Below, in pieces: positions 50,375 to 63,906 of a DNA stretch of 64,000 nt. The notes under the pieces are model-generated. The model was not told where the DNA came from. It made no database searches and saw nothing but the letters and a program-made list of their open reading frames with translations. Made by a program: the position numbers and the translations under genes. Within the stretch, counting starts at the first letter, position 1; every line of letters starts with the position of its first letter. The DNA comes from Callorhinchus milii (taxonomy: Eukaryota), in the NCBI RefSeq assembly GCF_018977255.1, contig NW_024704743.1, forward strand, positions 59,336,001 to 59,400,000. The letters are read 5' to 3'.

Positions 50375-50905
50375 AAAACTACATTTGTATAGTGCCTTTC
50401 ACATGAGGAGTATATCCCAAGGCACTGGACAGTCAGGGATTTGGACCTGAGCTGGGAATCAGGGAGGGTGGAGGGTAGGACAGTGGCCGAAGGCTCAGTC
50501 GAAGAGGAGGGTTTTGAAACACGCCCCGAAGGGGGCAAAGGAGCGAGGTGAAGGGAATGTGGGATGGAGTTCCATAGGGTGGGGGAAGAAATGCGGAAGG
50601 CTTGGCTGCCTGGGCCAGGCGGGGGACGTGGAGCAGGCCTGCTGACCAGTGAGCAGACAGGTTGATAGGGGGTCAGCAGGTCACAGAGGTAGGAAGGAGC
50701 AAGGCCGTGGAGGGCCTTGAAGGCAAGGACAAGGATTTTGAATTTTATCCTCTGGGGGATGGGGAGCCAGTGAGGGAGATGGGATCACGGTGCCTGGTGT
50801 GGGAGAGGATATGAGCTGCAGAGTTCTGGATGATCTGCAGCTTGTGGAGGGAAGAGTTGGGAAGGCCAACAAGCAGGGAGTTGGCATAGTTGAGTCTAGA
50901 TGCAA
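50375..50905 (-). mobile_element. L2-A 3' fragment
   Basis: Homologous to the 3' half of 8041-9613. Confidence 0.8.
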
Positions 50906-52699
50906 TGACTAAGATACCACTTAAGGCTAAGAAAACTCCTGCGACTATATACTCTGTTCTCTGGATTGTTTATTGTATCTTTCTGTATCATGCACATTGC
51001 TACATAAAGCCTGAAAAGTTAAATTTCACCTGTTTGTGTGAGTTTGATTTTCTCAGGGACCTGAATTACACAAGACTCAAAAAAATTTCAGTCAACAATT
51101 TGATTTTAATTAAATACAATTAAATATACGATTCGCTCATTGCAGTCAACAATGGTCCTGTGGGAATTAAAAGGGGGTGCTTTTGAAATAATAATACTTA
51201 CATTTGATATATTAACAATAATCCTTGCATTTGATATCGTACCTTATCACATTGTTGAGACGTCTCAAAGCACTTCACAGAATATACTGTAAAATGAAAT
51301 TCTTTTGTGGGCAAAATAAAAATATAATGATCAAGTACTTGTAGTTATAAGATGTCTTTCTGTTCAAATAGCAAGAATGATTTTTGTTGACTTTTACATG
51401 ATTTGAATGTACATTATATCCCGTCCTGCAGGGCTCAGAAGTCATTGTGCATATGGAGGTAATGTCACAGGCTCATAGCCTAATTCCTCCCACGTAAGTG
51501 GTTCCATTTGACTGTGCTGTATTAACCATGGAAGTGAAAAGAGCAGAACCACTTAGCTAATGGGCAGAAGCACTCAGCTAACTGGCATTGAACATGAATA
51601 TGGTCAACTCAGACTTGGTCTTAGTCAGGACAAGTTTAACATTTTAAGATTTTTGTCTGCAGACAAGATTTTTAAATGTAGTTCACTGTAAAGTGGCTCC
51701 TGCCCGGCCTGAGCCTGAGCCTTGTGACCAGGTGCTCAAGTGAGTTCTGTGAGTTTCTGAGGACAGATCATACTCCTCAGATCAGAAGTCCTGCATTACT
51801 GATCCCGGCCAACAGAGGGCCGTAGCAATTGAGCTGTGGCTGAGCTCAATCCTTCCCACAAGATCAGGCTGTGCTGTAAGATTTTATGATTCTAAGAACA
51901 AGAAGTAAATAAAATAAGAGGTTTGCAACAGCAATTGAGGCACAATAATGGATTTTTAACTAGCCTGAAATAGACTGAGTTGGAGCTAATCATTGCAATT
52001 AAAATGTGGAAGCGGTAATGCTGAAAACTTCCTGTTTACAATTTTCAGTTTATAAAATTCAAGCACAATCTTACACATGCAAATGTTTTCTATTAAGAAA
52101 TCATGAATTGGCACATTGGACCAAGCGCAATAATGATATTTAAAGTGAAACAGGCAGTGATACTGTTGTAGAGAACAGAACACTGATTGCACAACAAGAA
52201 TTATATTCAGAAAATCATCAATCCCAAGTGAGCACGGCTTGGTTTAGCCACATTTTGTGTGTGGCGAATGTCAAAAAACGGAAATTGCAATTATAACAGG
52301 TTTGCGAATATCTCAAATTGCACCCTGATGTAATTAGAAACAAAACACCGAATGTCTTTGCTTTACATTGTAAAGCTCATGTTTAGACAAATATGCTATA
52401 ATGTTTTATCTTAATTCAGATGCACTGTACAATTAAAGCTGCTTTTTTTTATTTGTAGGAATATCTAAGCTTAAACAGAACAGCAGATGGAGCTCTGAGT
52501 ACAGATAATCTGACGAGCAAGAAACCTTACACCTAAAGCACCTGAAAGGAAAGCCGTGCTCTCTCCTGCACACAGGCTGTCAGCCATGAAATGATTCACA
52601 GCAGTTTCAGAAAATTTTGACTTGCCCAAAATTAGCTATTTTCTATCTGTGCTCAGCTCAAAAATCAAAGCAATCCTGCAGCTTGCAAGTACTTTAATA

Positions 52700-53322
52700 T
52701 AATAATAATCTTTGCATTTGATATAGTGTCTAATCATGTCTTCAAGATGTTTCAAAGTGACTGTTGGTGAAATGCAGCAGCCAATTGTCTAGAGCAGTGT
52801 CCCACATGCAGTCGTGGATTGACTGACAAAATTATTATTATTTTTAAAAATGTATTTATTATTTTGAAGGGATTATTACCCTCGGAAAAGCGATCTGCCA
52901 ATCAACTAACAACTGGATTCCTACTTATTGTTAGATAAATTGAGGTGGCCGGGCTTTCAGCCTCTCTGCCCCCACACTCTGGAACTCCATCCCACGGTCC
53001 CTTCGCCTCGCTTCCTCCCTTGCCTCCTTCAAGGCCGGTCTCAAGACCCTTCTCTTCGACCGTGTCTTTGGTCGTCCTCCCACCTCTCCGCCTTCCCTCA
53101 TCCCTACACCGCCCCCCCCTCCTCCATGCTCGGGCCCCGACATCTGACTGTTCAGCGCTTTGGGACATCCTCCTGACGTGAAAGGCGCTATATAAATGTA
53201 ATTTTGTTGTTGTTGCGTGTGGAGTAAGGAAACTTGCCCAGGGTTTCGCCCTGCCCGGGAATCAAACCTAGGTCTTTTCATTTGTGAGGCAAGTGCTCTA
53301 ACCACTAAGCTACAGGATTCCA
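52700..53322 (-). mobile_element. Long-variant tRNA-headed SINE interrupted by a plus-strand L2-A 3' fragment (about 52945-53215)
   Basis: SINE halves rejoin as in 63532-63906; the insert has an L2 tail and (TTG)n. Confidence 0.85.
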
Positions 53323-56104
53323 CTGTTTTGGGTGTTACTTAGGGTGGGGTGGGGGTGGAGGGCTGCAGGCTGTACGGAACTACATCATACAGCATCAGCT
53401 CTTGACAACAGATTCCTGCGTGATTAAATCAATAACCCTCAAGATCCATGGAGCTGGCAGCGATGCGGTGGGGGGAAGCAAAAGGGGAACCAGTGATCCT
53501 CACGGGAAGATGCCCAAGTGGCAATGTCAGGTGAAGATAGATTTGTGCTCCTCGGTAATGCCGATTACAGCCAAATACGTCGCCATTCGCTAAGGTTGAC
53601 ATATAAATGATGACTGCTTGGGCAGGTATTGAGGAGCACCCCAGCCCGGGTAACCAAACCACGACCAAAGGAGAAAAAAAAGGCAAATGCCCTTCCAGAG
53701 AGGGGACAGAACTTAAAGACAAGAAAGGGGTTAAAAAATATTAATTGTGGGGTCCTGGTCTCATCACAACCCAGTTCTCCCTATCGGAGTAACTCACACA
53801 AGGGAGTCAGAGTGTGGATGGGAAATGGCTCCATGCAGTCAAACAGTCTGCCCACGCTCACTCAGACAGTGTCTCAAAGGGCCACACACCAGTGGAAGAT
53901 CAAATATGTTTCTTTGAGAAATGTAAGATGAATAAAAAAAAGTGGTTCAGAGGGGACCTCAGCAAATTTATAATGACCACAACAACTTGCATTTGTCTAG
54001 TGTCTTCACTTGGAGTAGTACCTCAAAGAGCTTAAGAATGACATTGTTTTTATGCTGAGCCAGGGAGAAAGAGGATTTGAACATACAGGCACAATGGGAA
54101 TTATTCTTTTGTTGGCAAATTATGTGCTCTTGAAATTTATAGACCCGTTGTGTGCATATTAGTATCTGTTTATTGACAAACATCAACTGGCACCAAGGTT
54201 GGCAATTTTACCAACAAATGAAAAATAATACAGGACGTGTACAAAGTCAAGGTCACTAAATACTGCCAAAAAATACACATTGTTGGGACAAAATACATAG
54301 TAAAATTCTTGCTCTGCACTTGACTGAGCTTAACAATGGATATAACCATTTCCTGGTACTGCCATCCCTTACTTTGATGTCTCAGATATGTTGTTTAAAA
54401 ATGACTGAAAATGCTTTTAAAGCAACAGTCCATAAAAAACCTCTAAAGCACATATGTGCGCTCTGTAAAATTGAAAGCTTGCAGAGAATTGGTTCCCAAG
54501 CCTTTAATACTTTATTGTCTTAATTTGCCCACAAAATCCCCTGACACACACTTTACAGTATATCATGGAAGCGTTTTGAGACATCTTGATGATGTGATAT
54601 GGCTGTATCTCAATTACAAGGATTATTATTATCGATTATTAGTGGAGTAAGAGCCAGCAATACAAATGTTAAAGATTTGACATGTCGTTACAAAGAGGCT
54701 AGTCTCTGAACAGGGTCTGGGTTGTGATACTGTGGAGTCCCATAACGTAGTGATTAGCGTGCTCACCTAATAAGCGAAAGGACCTGGGTTGTTTTCTGCA
54801 ATGACAGATATGTGTCCTTATTATTCATTACTCAGAGTGCCCCAGATTTCCACAGGATTGATAATAGAACAGGTGCAATAAATGATATTTAAAGAGAAAC
54901 AGGTTGAAGAGAAATACAGTTGAAGAGAACAGAAAACTGATTACACAACAACAGTTAAGTGGTGGAGAATCCTTCAATATAACAGCTACAGAGCACACAT
55001 TAGCAGACGTGGTTTGACAACATGGGGAGAACGCCTTCAGAGGAGGAACATAACAAAGTCTGACTGAGTACAGTGCACATTGGACACCATCCGAAATCGT
55101 CAAGTGCGCCTTATCAAGTGGTGTGCAGGCACCAAAAGTATATAGTGCACATAGGGGCGTTTCCCGTCTGAGCTTAAAGGGAGCATCCCCAAAATATGTG
55201 TGCACATCCTGTGTGCTGTTAACCTATCTGCAATCCCGAAAAGGGAGTGGAGGTGGCGGGGGGGGGACAGGGAGAGAGGGTACAAGACCCCACTTTTAAC
55301 TGTGTCCTGCAAAGGGCGGCAGAACCCTCGAGGCAGGGAAGTCTATGCTGTCTCCAACACTAGGAGCATTCCAAGGAATGTGTAAAAATATGATTTTAAG
55401 CGAGCTGTAAAATTTGGTCAACAGAAACAGTTTCTTTTATTCACTTTGTTAAGTATAACAAAACATTGTTAGAAGTAATATGGTGAATGTTGAAGGGATG
55501 TGGTAGTGAAACTAAACATCTGGAACTTCTTAATGTGCTAGGATGCTTTTTTTTATTTTTTGTAGAAGTGTGGCAGATATGTGTCCTTATGTTTGAGGTA
55601 CTTAATTGATATGTGATGATCCTTTCAATCCTCAAAGTGAATACATGCACAAGATTTCAAAAGGACTGATCCATATGAATTGTATCCTGTCCGTGACACT
55701 CTGACAACATAAGAGTGTGCACTGTTTATTCCAGACACAAGGAAATTTCTATGTGTAGGTGGCATATATATATGGAACTCTCAGTCTGGTTTGGATACTC
55801 TTAAGCATGGTGATGGGTTTCCACATATGTCAGACATCCGGTTGACTAAATTTTTTTTCTCAAACTACATATGGTGTTATCTGACACATTTATCACATGC
55901 TTCACAGGCTTATGAAAATAAATAATTTTATGTATAAGTTATGATCTTAAGATTTCTGCATATTTTTTAGGTGTTTCCTAAATTTGATGGTACAATTTTG
56001 TTACTATAGTAGAACCCACATAACATTGGGTCCATAAAGTTCCAAGCCACTTTATAATGAGGAACAATAAAGAGCGGTGGCAGTCTATGTTTCTTAACGC
56101 AAGT

Positions 56105-56470
56105 GGATGGATGTGGGATGGAGTTCCAGAGGGTGGGGGCAGAGAGGCTGAAGGGTCAAGTGACGATGATGGGTGGGCCGGGCGGGGGATTTTGAGCAGG
56201 CCAGAGCCTGCTGAGCAGAGGGAGCAGACAGGTTAATAAGGGGTTAGCAGGTAGGAGAGGTAGGAGGAAGCAAGGCCATGGAGGACCTTGAAAGTGAGGA
56301 CGAGAATTTTGAACTCAACCCTAAGAGGAATCGGGTGCCAGTGGAGCCGGACAGAGGTAGGTGTAATGGGGTCACAGAGCCTGGTGTGGGAGAGGACACG
56401 AGCTGCTGAGTTCTGGATGATCTGCAGCTTGTGGAGGGAAGAGTTGGGAAGACTGACAAGCATTGGCATA
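56105..56470 (-). mobile_element. L2-A internal fragment
   Basis: [15 protein letters not shown]...LHW.PI..RVEFKIL. Confidence 0.8.
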
Positions 56471-59400
56471 AGATTGTAGTGATCCTGTGAAGTGTGGAAG
56501 TATGAACAAATGATTAGCAGGAACATCCGGGTAATCTTGTTAGTGGACATTAGTGTTAGAGGAAAATGAGATCACTGTGTAATTTATTTTGATTGCCACA
56601 AGGCTTTTGATTAATTAATCATTATATTTTTGTGGACTAAATTGAAAATCTAAACATACATCCTGTCCCATGAGCCAGTGATTTCATGATAGACATTAAA
56701 GCCTTATTAGTTACAGTTACTGGCTCCACTCCCTCAAATTCGTTGAATTCCAGGAAATTTTAACTGTTGTTTAGTTGCTTATATCTAGTTTTGTCTCATA
56801 ATAACAATAATCCTTGTATTTGATATAACGTTTTTGAGATGTCTCAAAGTGCTTCACAGAATCTACTGTGAAGTGAATTGACTGTATATTTTTGGGGGAA
56901 ACATGGCAACCAATTGCACAAAGCGATATCCTATAAACAGTAATCGACAAACAACCAGGTTCCTACTTACTGCTAGGTAAAAAGAGGCATGTGGAGTAAA
57001 GAAACTTGCACTAAAAACATCCGTACACACATGCACAAACATGAATCAAATAGCTGGGCACTAGAGAAGGCTCATGGGAAACGTAATACATTTGTGAATG
57101 AACAATAATATTCAATATAGTTTTTTTTTGGTCAGCCAGGTGTCTGACACATGCGGAAACCTATCATCCTGCTTAAGAATATCTAAACCAAGCTGAGAAT
57201 TCCATGCATCCCACCTACACATGGAAATCCCAGAGATAGATTATTGCAATGGAATGCACACTATCTCCCTGGAGGGACTCATCCTGCTAACCTCACTCTG
57301 GAAATTCTAGAAAGTATTTGGCGCAGGTTGGCAAGAACCAAGGTTTGGGGACCCAAGAGTGTACGTTGGGTTACTGCGAGTCTAATCAGCTAAAACCACA
57401 TAGCTTGCCGTTGATATTGCTGTCCATGAATAAATTCAATGTAAAATCTATAATGTCCAGAAGCAATTCACAGATAATTGTTTTAAAGTGAAGTGAACAT
57501 TTGCAGACAAACACAGCAGCTAATTTATGCATAGCAATGTCCCACAAAACAGCCATGAAGTGAATGATCAATTTATCTGGGAGATCGTTGACCAGGACAT
57601 AAGGAGATATTCCCTGCTTTTCTCAAATAATGTCATGGGATCTTTAACATCTACTTGAACAGACAAATAGGATCTAGTTTTTAATACCTCAACTGACGGA
57701 GAGCACCTCCCAACAACGAAGCTCTCCCCCACCACCCCCAACTACCCACTTTACACTGGAGGATACAATGTTGAATAAACTTGGGAGCATATGTGGACTC
57801 AATGGACTTTATCTCTTTCATCTTGACCGAAAAAAGTATGGTCACTTTTCTTTCTGATGAAGGGCTGCAATTGAAACATTTACCGAGCTATTACTTTCAG
57901 ATACTGATTGATCTGCTGCGGATTTTCAGTATTTCTATTCTTGTTTGGTTCGTGTAGCATCTGCTATTTCTTTCTATTTATGTCCTTCTCTGACCTTAGT
58001 ATTGTTCCTTATTATTGATTATCTTTATCGCTTTTGATGTCAAGTAGATGCCATTCTTTGCTCTCTTGTTTTTCAGGGTGTAGGACGATCCAGGTGTTTC
58101 TAGGAGCTGCTGTCCACCAAGCGAGGGCTCAAACCTGTGCTTGGCAGATGTCAAATGAGCAACTAGTGTCAAATGAGCAACTAGCCTCCTTGGAGGGGCA
58201 GGTAGGGAGGTAGGAGATAGGAGGTAAGAAATAAGCTGAACTAGCTCCTGGGTGACATGCTTTGGAATCAAATATCAGAATCGAGTTAATCCTCTCTGGC
58301 ATTCTTGGCAAATCCCAGGTTCACTGATCTTCTGTCCCCCTCCTTCTCAAACATCAAGGCCTGGGTGAGCACCAACTTTCTGCAGTTGAACATATTATGG
58401 TTTTTAACTATTTTAACTATTAAGGTAAATAAGCCGTGTTGGTTGAGTGAGACAAGAACATGACTGGGGTTTTTTTTTACTATGTAGTCAGAATAAGGAA
58501 CATAATTTGTCTATAAATGTTCATAAAAATAAAACAACCAGCGGTGTCAAAGTAAGTGGAGTCAATTGCGATGTTCAGAGTGGGGGGAGGGGGTGAGGGA
58601 GCGGCACACTGAGGTTTTGCCTAGGTCGGCAGATTATCCTGAGTGGTTTCTGTGGACATTATGAGGGAGGTTGACCAGTGCGTGTGCTTGAGCCAACCTC
58701 GGATCCGCAAGAAACCTGCATTATAAAGGGGCGCATAATAATAAGAATGCTACTGTATTAGAAGCCCATTTGGCCCATTTACTCTAAGGGTTTGTTAGCG
58801 ACTGGAGCTAACTAGATCACAGGATTGGTTTGAACATAGAAGGCCTTTTGGGTCATTTGATCTCATCCTTTCAGAATACTCAACCTCCTGGCCTCCTATC
58901 ACTGCAACGGTTTGTTTGTTAAAAATTCCTAGGCCTTGGCCTCAACAACCTTCTTGGCAAACTGTTCTACTCATTAATACCCTGTGAGTAAATAAATACT
59001 TTCTGGTGTCTATTCCAAAACTACCCTCTAGTTCCCTGAATCTGTGCCCTAGATATCTGAAATTATTGTTTTGGATTTAACTTTCTCAGTTCCATTAAAA
59101 GTCTTATACATCTCTATCATGATAATAATAATAATCCTTGCATTTGATATAGTGTCTTATCATGTTTTTAAGATGTCTTAAAGCGCTTCACAGAATATAT
59201 TGTAAAATGAATTGACTGTGTATTTTGGGGTGAAACGAGGCATCCAATTGCGCACAGCAGTGTTGCATCTCTTGAAGAGACCTAATTTATAATAATAACA
59301 ATCCTTGCATTTGATACAATGTGCTATCATATTGAAACATCTCAAAGCACTTCACAACGTTTTCTGCAAAATGTAGCGACTGCATGTGTAAGTTGCGGAC

Positions 59401-59499
59401 AGAAAGATAATAATATAATAATAATCATCTTTGCATTTGATATAGTGCCCTATCACATCTTCAAGACGTCTAAAGCACTTCACAGAATATACTGGTGAC

Positions 59500-60178
59500 A
59501 ATGCTCCCACGGATTTCATTCTGAGCTTTATTGGCCACCAGAAAGCTTGCAGGGAGTTCCTGATGCCTACCATCCACCTAGTGAGGGCTCAAACCCACGC
59601 TTGTTGGATGATAAACAATCAACTAGAGACTGTCCTCCTTGGGGGGAGGTAAGCGGATTCTCCTTGGAGCTGAACTGGCTCCAAGGTGACATATTTGGCT
59701 ATGGAATGTCAGAATCGAGCCAGTGGACTCGGTAGTCTGGCTCCTGGGTCAGGAAGATCTGCAATACTCCAGGGCACGCTGACAACAGCACAGCCAGCCT
59801 GGCTCAACAGGACTTGGAAGGGCAGACCAATCACTGAATGCAGATCAGCTCCTGTTAACTCTGCAAGCCAAAGCCAAAGGAAAGGGTGGTCCTAGCTGGG
59901 CAAGCAACTGGAAAGTTGCTACCAATGCCCAGCAGTACCTCCATTTCAGACTCTGGGGTCCCCAAGCCTTGGTTCTTGCCAATCTGCACCTATACTATCC
60001 GGAGTTGGGTAAGCAGGATGTGTCCCTGCTGGGAGAGAGTGTGAATTCCATTCCAACAATCTAGCTCTGGAATTCCCATGTGTAGGTGGGATGCATGGGA
60101 TTCTCAGTTTGGTTTGGATACTCTTAAGCATGAGGATGGGTTTCCGCATGTGTCGGTTACCCGGCTGATCAAAAAAAA
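59500..60178 (+). mobile_element. Unclassified non-coding poly(A)-tailed interspersed repeat, longest copy
   Basis: Homologous pieces at 6054-6190, 11460-11832, 14755-14960, 19190-19420, 21740-22260, 33650-34060, 39700-40200, 55720-55850, 57121-57420, 58080-58340. Confidence 0.8.
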
Positions 60179-61089
60179 TGCATGTGTAAGCAAATGTAGT
60201 AGTCAATTTGCACACTGCAATGTTCCATTAATTGCCATAATAATGTGAATGACCACTTTTTTATTGGGAGATTGTTTGCCAGGATACTGGGAGAAGCTCT
60301 ATTTTCCTTTCAAACAGTGCTGTAAGATTTTTAATATTTACCTGAACAGGCAGAGGGAAACTTGGTTTAATGTCTTATCAGAAGAACTGCACTCCAAGAT
60401 ACTGATCATTTCTCTGAACATCCTCATTGCTCTCTTCTGCACTACCTCTAGGACCAGGGCAACTCCTTTATATTGCAATGACTGGAATTGTATTTAGTAA
60501 TAATATAATAATAGTAATAATTCTTTAATTTGATATAGCACCTTATCACATCGCTGAGACGCCGCAAAGCGCTTCCAGAAGCACTTCACATGTGGACTGA
60601 CCAGAACGTTGTTCAACTTCTGAAATGATACTATTATCCTAGTTTCCTTCTCTTTCCTCACATCCATTTATATTCTTTCTCCTCAAATGTTCATCCAAGT
60701 ATAGTCTCTAACATTGCAATGAGATGCCAAAATTAATTCAAGCTTGCGAGAATGATATTTATAATACTGTAATTGACCACTTTAAATCTCTGAGGAATAA
60801 ATGTGGGCAACAAATATATTTTGTTCACCAAATACTTTGAATTTATTAATTATTATCCATAGTTCCTTTTCGATTTAATTTTGTCTACGCAAAATAGCAG
60901 TGTGAGTTTTTTTTAAAAACATTTTTAATCCAGCCAAATTGGTTAAACAATGAATGGCAATCCCAGTCATGATGCACACTTCGCATTTTAAAAATCCAAT
61001 TGAAACATTTTTTATATGTTGCTGGCGAACATTCTCATAGATGTCTTAGAATAATACAAGTATGTTTTTGTTGCATTAATTACAATACA

Positions 61090-61095
61090 TTTATT
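61090..61095 (-). terminator. Candidate TAC1 polyadenylation signal AATAAA
   Basis: About 470 nt after the TAC1 stop in an AT-rich 3' UTR; another AATAAA lies near 60842. Confidence 0.45.
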
Positions 61096-61564
61096 ATGAA
61101 ACAATGAGGCACATTAAAATACAAACTGTAATAATATGTACTGAATCATAAAACCATCACTAGTTCTGTATCACTCACTATAAATCAACCATGAATTCTG
61201 AGACTAATGTATTCATCTGTTGAACACATTTGGCAACAATGACAATTTGAGTACAGAGATGACAAAATAATAGAATATCAATTATGAGACCATTTATTTT
61301 TCCAATTACCACGGACATTGTGAGTTTTATCAAAATCTGTTTAATACACACTCGGATGACGTTTGGCACCTCCTTAATGTTCACCCTACTTTGAACATTT
61401 GTAAATATGACAAGAAAAAAATAATAAATCTCTCAACGAAAGACTTAATTAATAGTTTTAACAATCAACTCATACCAGGGAGAGATATACTATAACATTA
61501 TAACCTCTCCTCCTGGCAAATTAAAACAAATTACATCCATTGGATATTATTCTCTAATGATTCA

Positions 61565-61614
61565 TTAACGTCTTTGGATAAAGTCTTGTACTGGCTTCCA
61601 CTCGTAAGAGGAAT
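61565..61614 (-). CDS. TAC1: Tachykinin precursor last coding exon (DSSYEWKPVQDFIQRR*)
   Basis: Polypyrimidine tract + CTACAG| acceptor, in frame with the previous exon; resembles the TAC1 C-terminal flanking peptide (YE...Q...RR*). Confidence 0.88.
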
Positions 61615-61730
61615 CTGTAGGAGGAGAAAAAAATCATCATTGGAAAAACTAAAGTGATTAGGGAATGGCACAGTAAAATCAGGATTTTTAAGCAAATATC
61701 TTAATTTGATATTTTTTGTTGGTTACTTAC

Positions 61731-61784
61731 CAGCAGCTGAAGAACGCTTTCCCATGAGTCCAATAAAACTCTCTAACTTATGCC
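61731..61784 (-). CDS. TAC1: Tachykinin precursor exon encoding a neurokinin-A-like peptide (HKLESFIGLM-GKR-SSAA)
   Basis: 54-nt phase 1-1 exon, TTCTAG| and |GTAAGT; FxGLM-GKR amidation/cleavage motif; linked to ASNS as TAC1 is in other vertebrates. Confidence 0.92.
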
Positions 61785-62484
61785 CTAGAAAAACAATGAA
61801 CATATGTTCTGAATATAATGCTGATAAATCTATTGGGTACTTGTGCTTTTGATTCAAACCATTTGTTCTAAACATCATTACCGTTTCTTCTGTAACAAAG
61901 TGCTTACTACCTCACAAGTGATGATTGAAACTGATCTATAATTCACGTAAGTGAATACCAAATGGTAGATTTGGCAGAGGTGGACTGCAATGATTTGATT
62001 GACTTGTTCATTTTAAACACTGATATACAGCTGTTTTTACATAGAATCCAAAAGTTTTAAATTCTTGATGAATTTAGCCTTAACTCTGTGATTTGAAATT
62101 GGAAATCATGCACAATTTTTAAAAATTCTTAAATTTAGTCTTAGTTTTGTAGTGGGTTTCCATAGATATTCCAGAGCTCTTTGTAACCAAAAATTCCAAG
62201 GCAATCACCTCAATTTCAGCATCAAAATCTTAGAGTATTTTAGCAGGAATATTGGGCTCCTAATATTCCTTACAAAACAAACTTCATTCACTAAGAGTTT
62301 TAGAATAAATTATGACTATTAAGAGTTTCAAGATCAATGAATTTATGTAGCCTCAATGTAATGTATAATGTACATGAGTATGAAAAACAGAAGGATCTTC
62401 AAATTTAAATAACAATTTGGTAAATGACCCAACTTCTATTCTACAAAATTCAGAAAAAATACTGTTTAGAATAGAATAATAAAA

Positions 62485-62895
62485 ATAATAATCCTTGTAT
62501 TTGATATCATGTTATCAAGACATCTCAAAGTGCTTCACAGGGTATACGGAAAAGTAGATTGACTGCATATTTTTTGTGGGCAAAACACAGTAGCCAGTTG
62601 TACACAGCAATGTCCCAAAAACAGCCATGGAGTGAGTGACCAATTTTATTTGGGCAATTATAGGCCGGACACCAGGAGAAACTCCCTTCTCTTTTCGAAT
62701 AGTGCCACGGAATCTTTTACATCCACCTGAACAGGCAGATTGGACCTCAGTTTAATGTCTTATCTGAAGGACGGCAGCTCCAATAATGCAACACACCCCA
62801 CCACTGTACTGGAGCGTTATCTTAGACTATGTGATTCTAAGTCTCGACATGGGCTTGAACCAACAACCTTCTGACTCACTGCACCAGGCTGACAC
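62485..62895 (-). mobile_element. Older Deu-domain (SacSINE1-like) SINE
   Basis: Colinear with 400-840. Confidence 0.8.
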
Positions 62896-63531
62896 TTGCA
62901 TAGAGTATGACATATAATCACAGACACACTCTTAGGGTATGTGAGGTATCAAACTAAAAGAATAAGAATAAAATAACATGATGATAAACGCTTTGAGACT
63001 CTCGAATTCTTGATAAGGCACTATATCAAATGCAAGCATTATTATTACTATTATTATAAAGATCCTGTTTCCTGATTTGCTATTGTAAACTAATGGTTAG
63101 TTTGTAAGTGCTCCAAGACACTGCCCCGTGTGAAGGGCACTATATAAATGAAGTTGTTGATTTTGTTGATGTTGTCAATACTCACATTATAGAGTTACAT
63201 AGAGTGAAATGGCATGGAAACAATCCATTCAGCACAAATAGTCTGTGCCGGTGTTTATACTCCACATGACTCCTCTATTCTCTAAATAAATTTGTAGATT
63301 TTATCCCAAAGCCTGAAATAAGGATGGTGGTTTATTCCAATGGGATAAATTAGGTATATTATGTAACAATGAAAATTGGCTATTACAGAATTCTCATCAT
63401 AGGAAACCTTTACATAGGTTCCTGTAGAAATTTTGTATACTGTACAGTACATAGAAAATAAATCAAACCACAAGAGATATCCCTCTTTTTAAAAAAAATC
63501 TTCTTTGTCAATGACTACAAGGTTGCAATAA

Positions 63532-63906
63532 AAATAATAATAATCCTTGCATTTGATATAGTGCTTGATCACATCTTCGAGATGTCTCAAAGCGCTTCAC
63601 AGAATATACTGCAAAGTGAATTGACTGTATACTTTGTGGGTGAAACGCGGCTGCCAATTGTGCACAGCAGTGTTCCACAAACAGTCGTGGATTGAAGTAA
63701 CCAATTTATTATTATTATTTTTTGAAGGAATTATTACCCCCAGAAAAGCGATCCACCAATCGACTAACAACTGGATTCCTTCTTACTGCTAGGTAAACAG
63801 GGGCGTGTGGAGTAAAGAAACTTGCCCAACATTTCGCCCTGCCCGGAATCGAACCCAGGTCTCTTGCTTGGGAAGCATATGCTCTAACCACTGAGCTACA
63901 GGACTC
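63532..63906 (-). mobile_element. Long-variant tRNA-headed SINE in a TAC1 intron
   Basis: Same head and tail plus an extra internal segment of about 70 bp. Confidence 0.9.

Noticed and set aside
63385..63425. Possible upstream TAC1 exon after CTACAG
   Set aside because: No tachykinin similarity and no convincing in-phase donor; the substance P exon is not visible in this window
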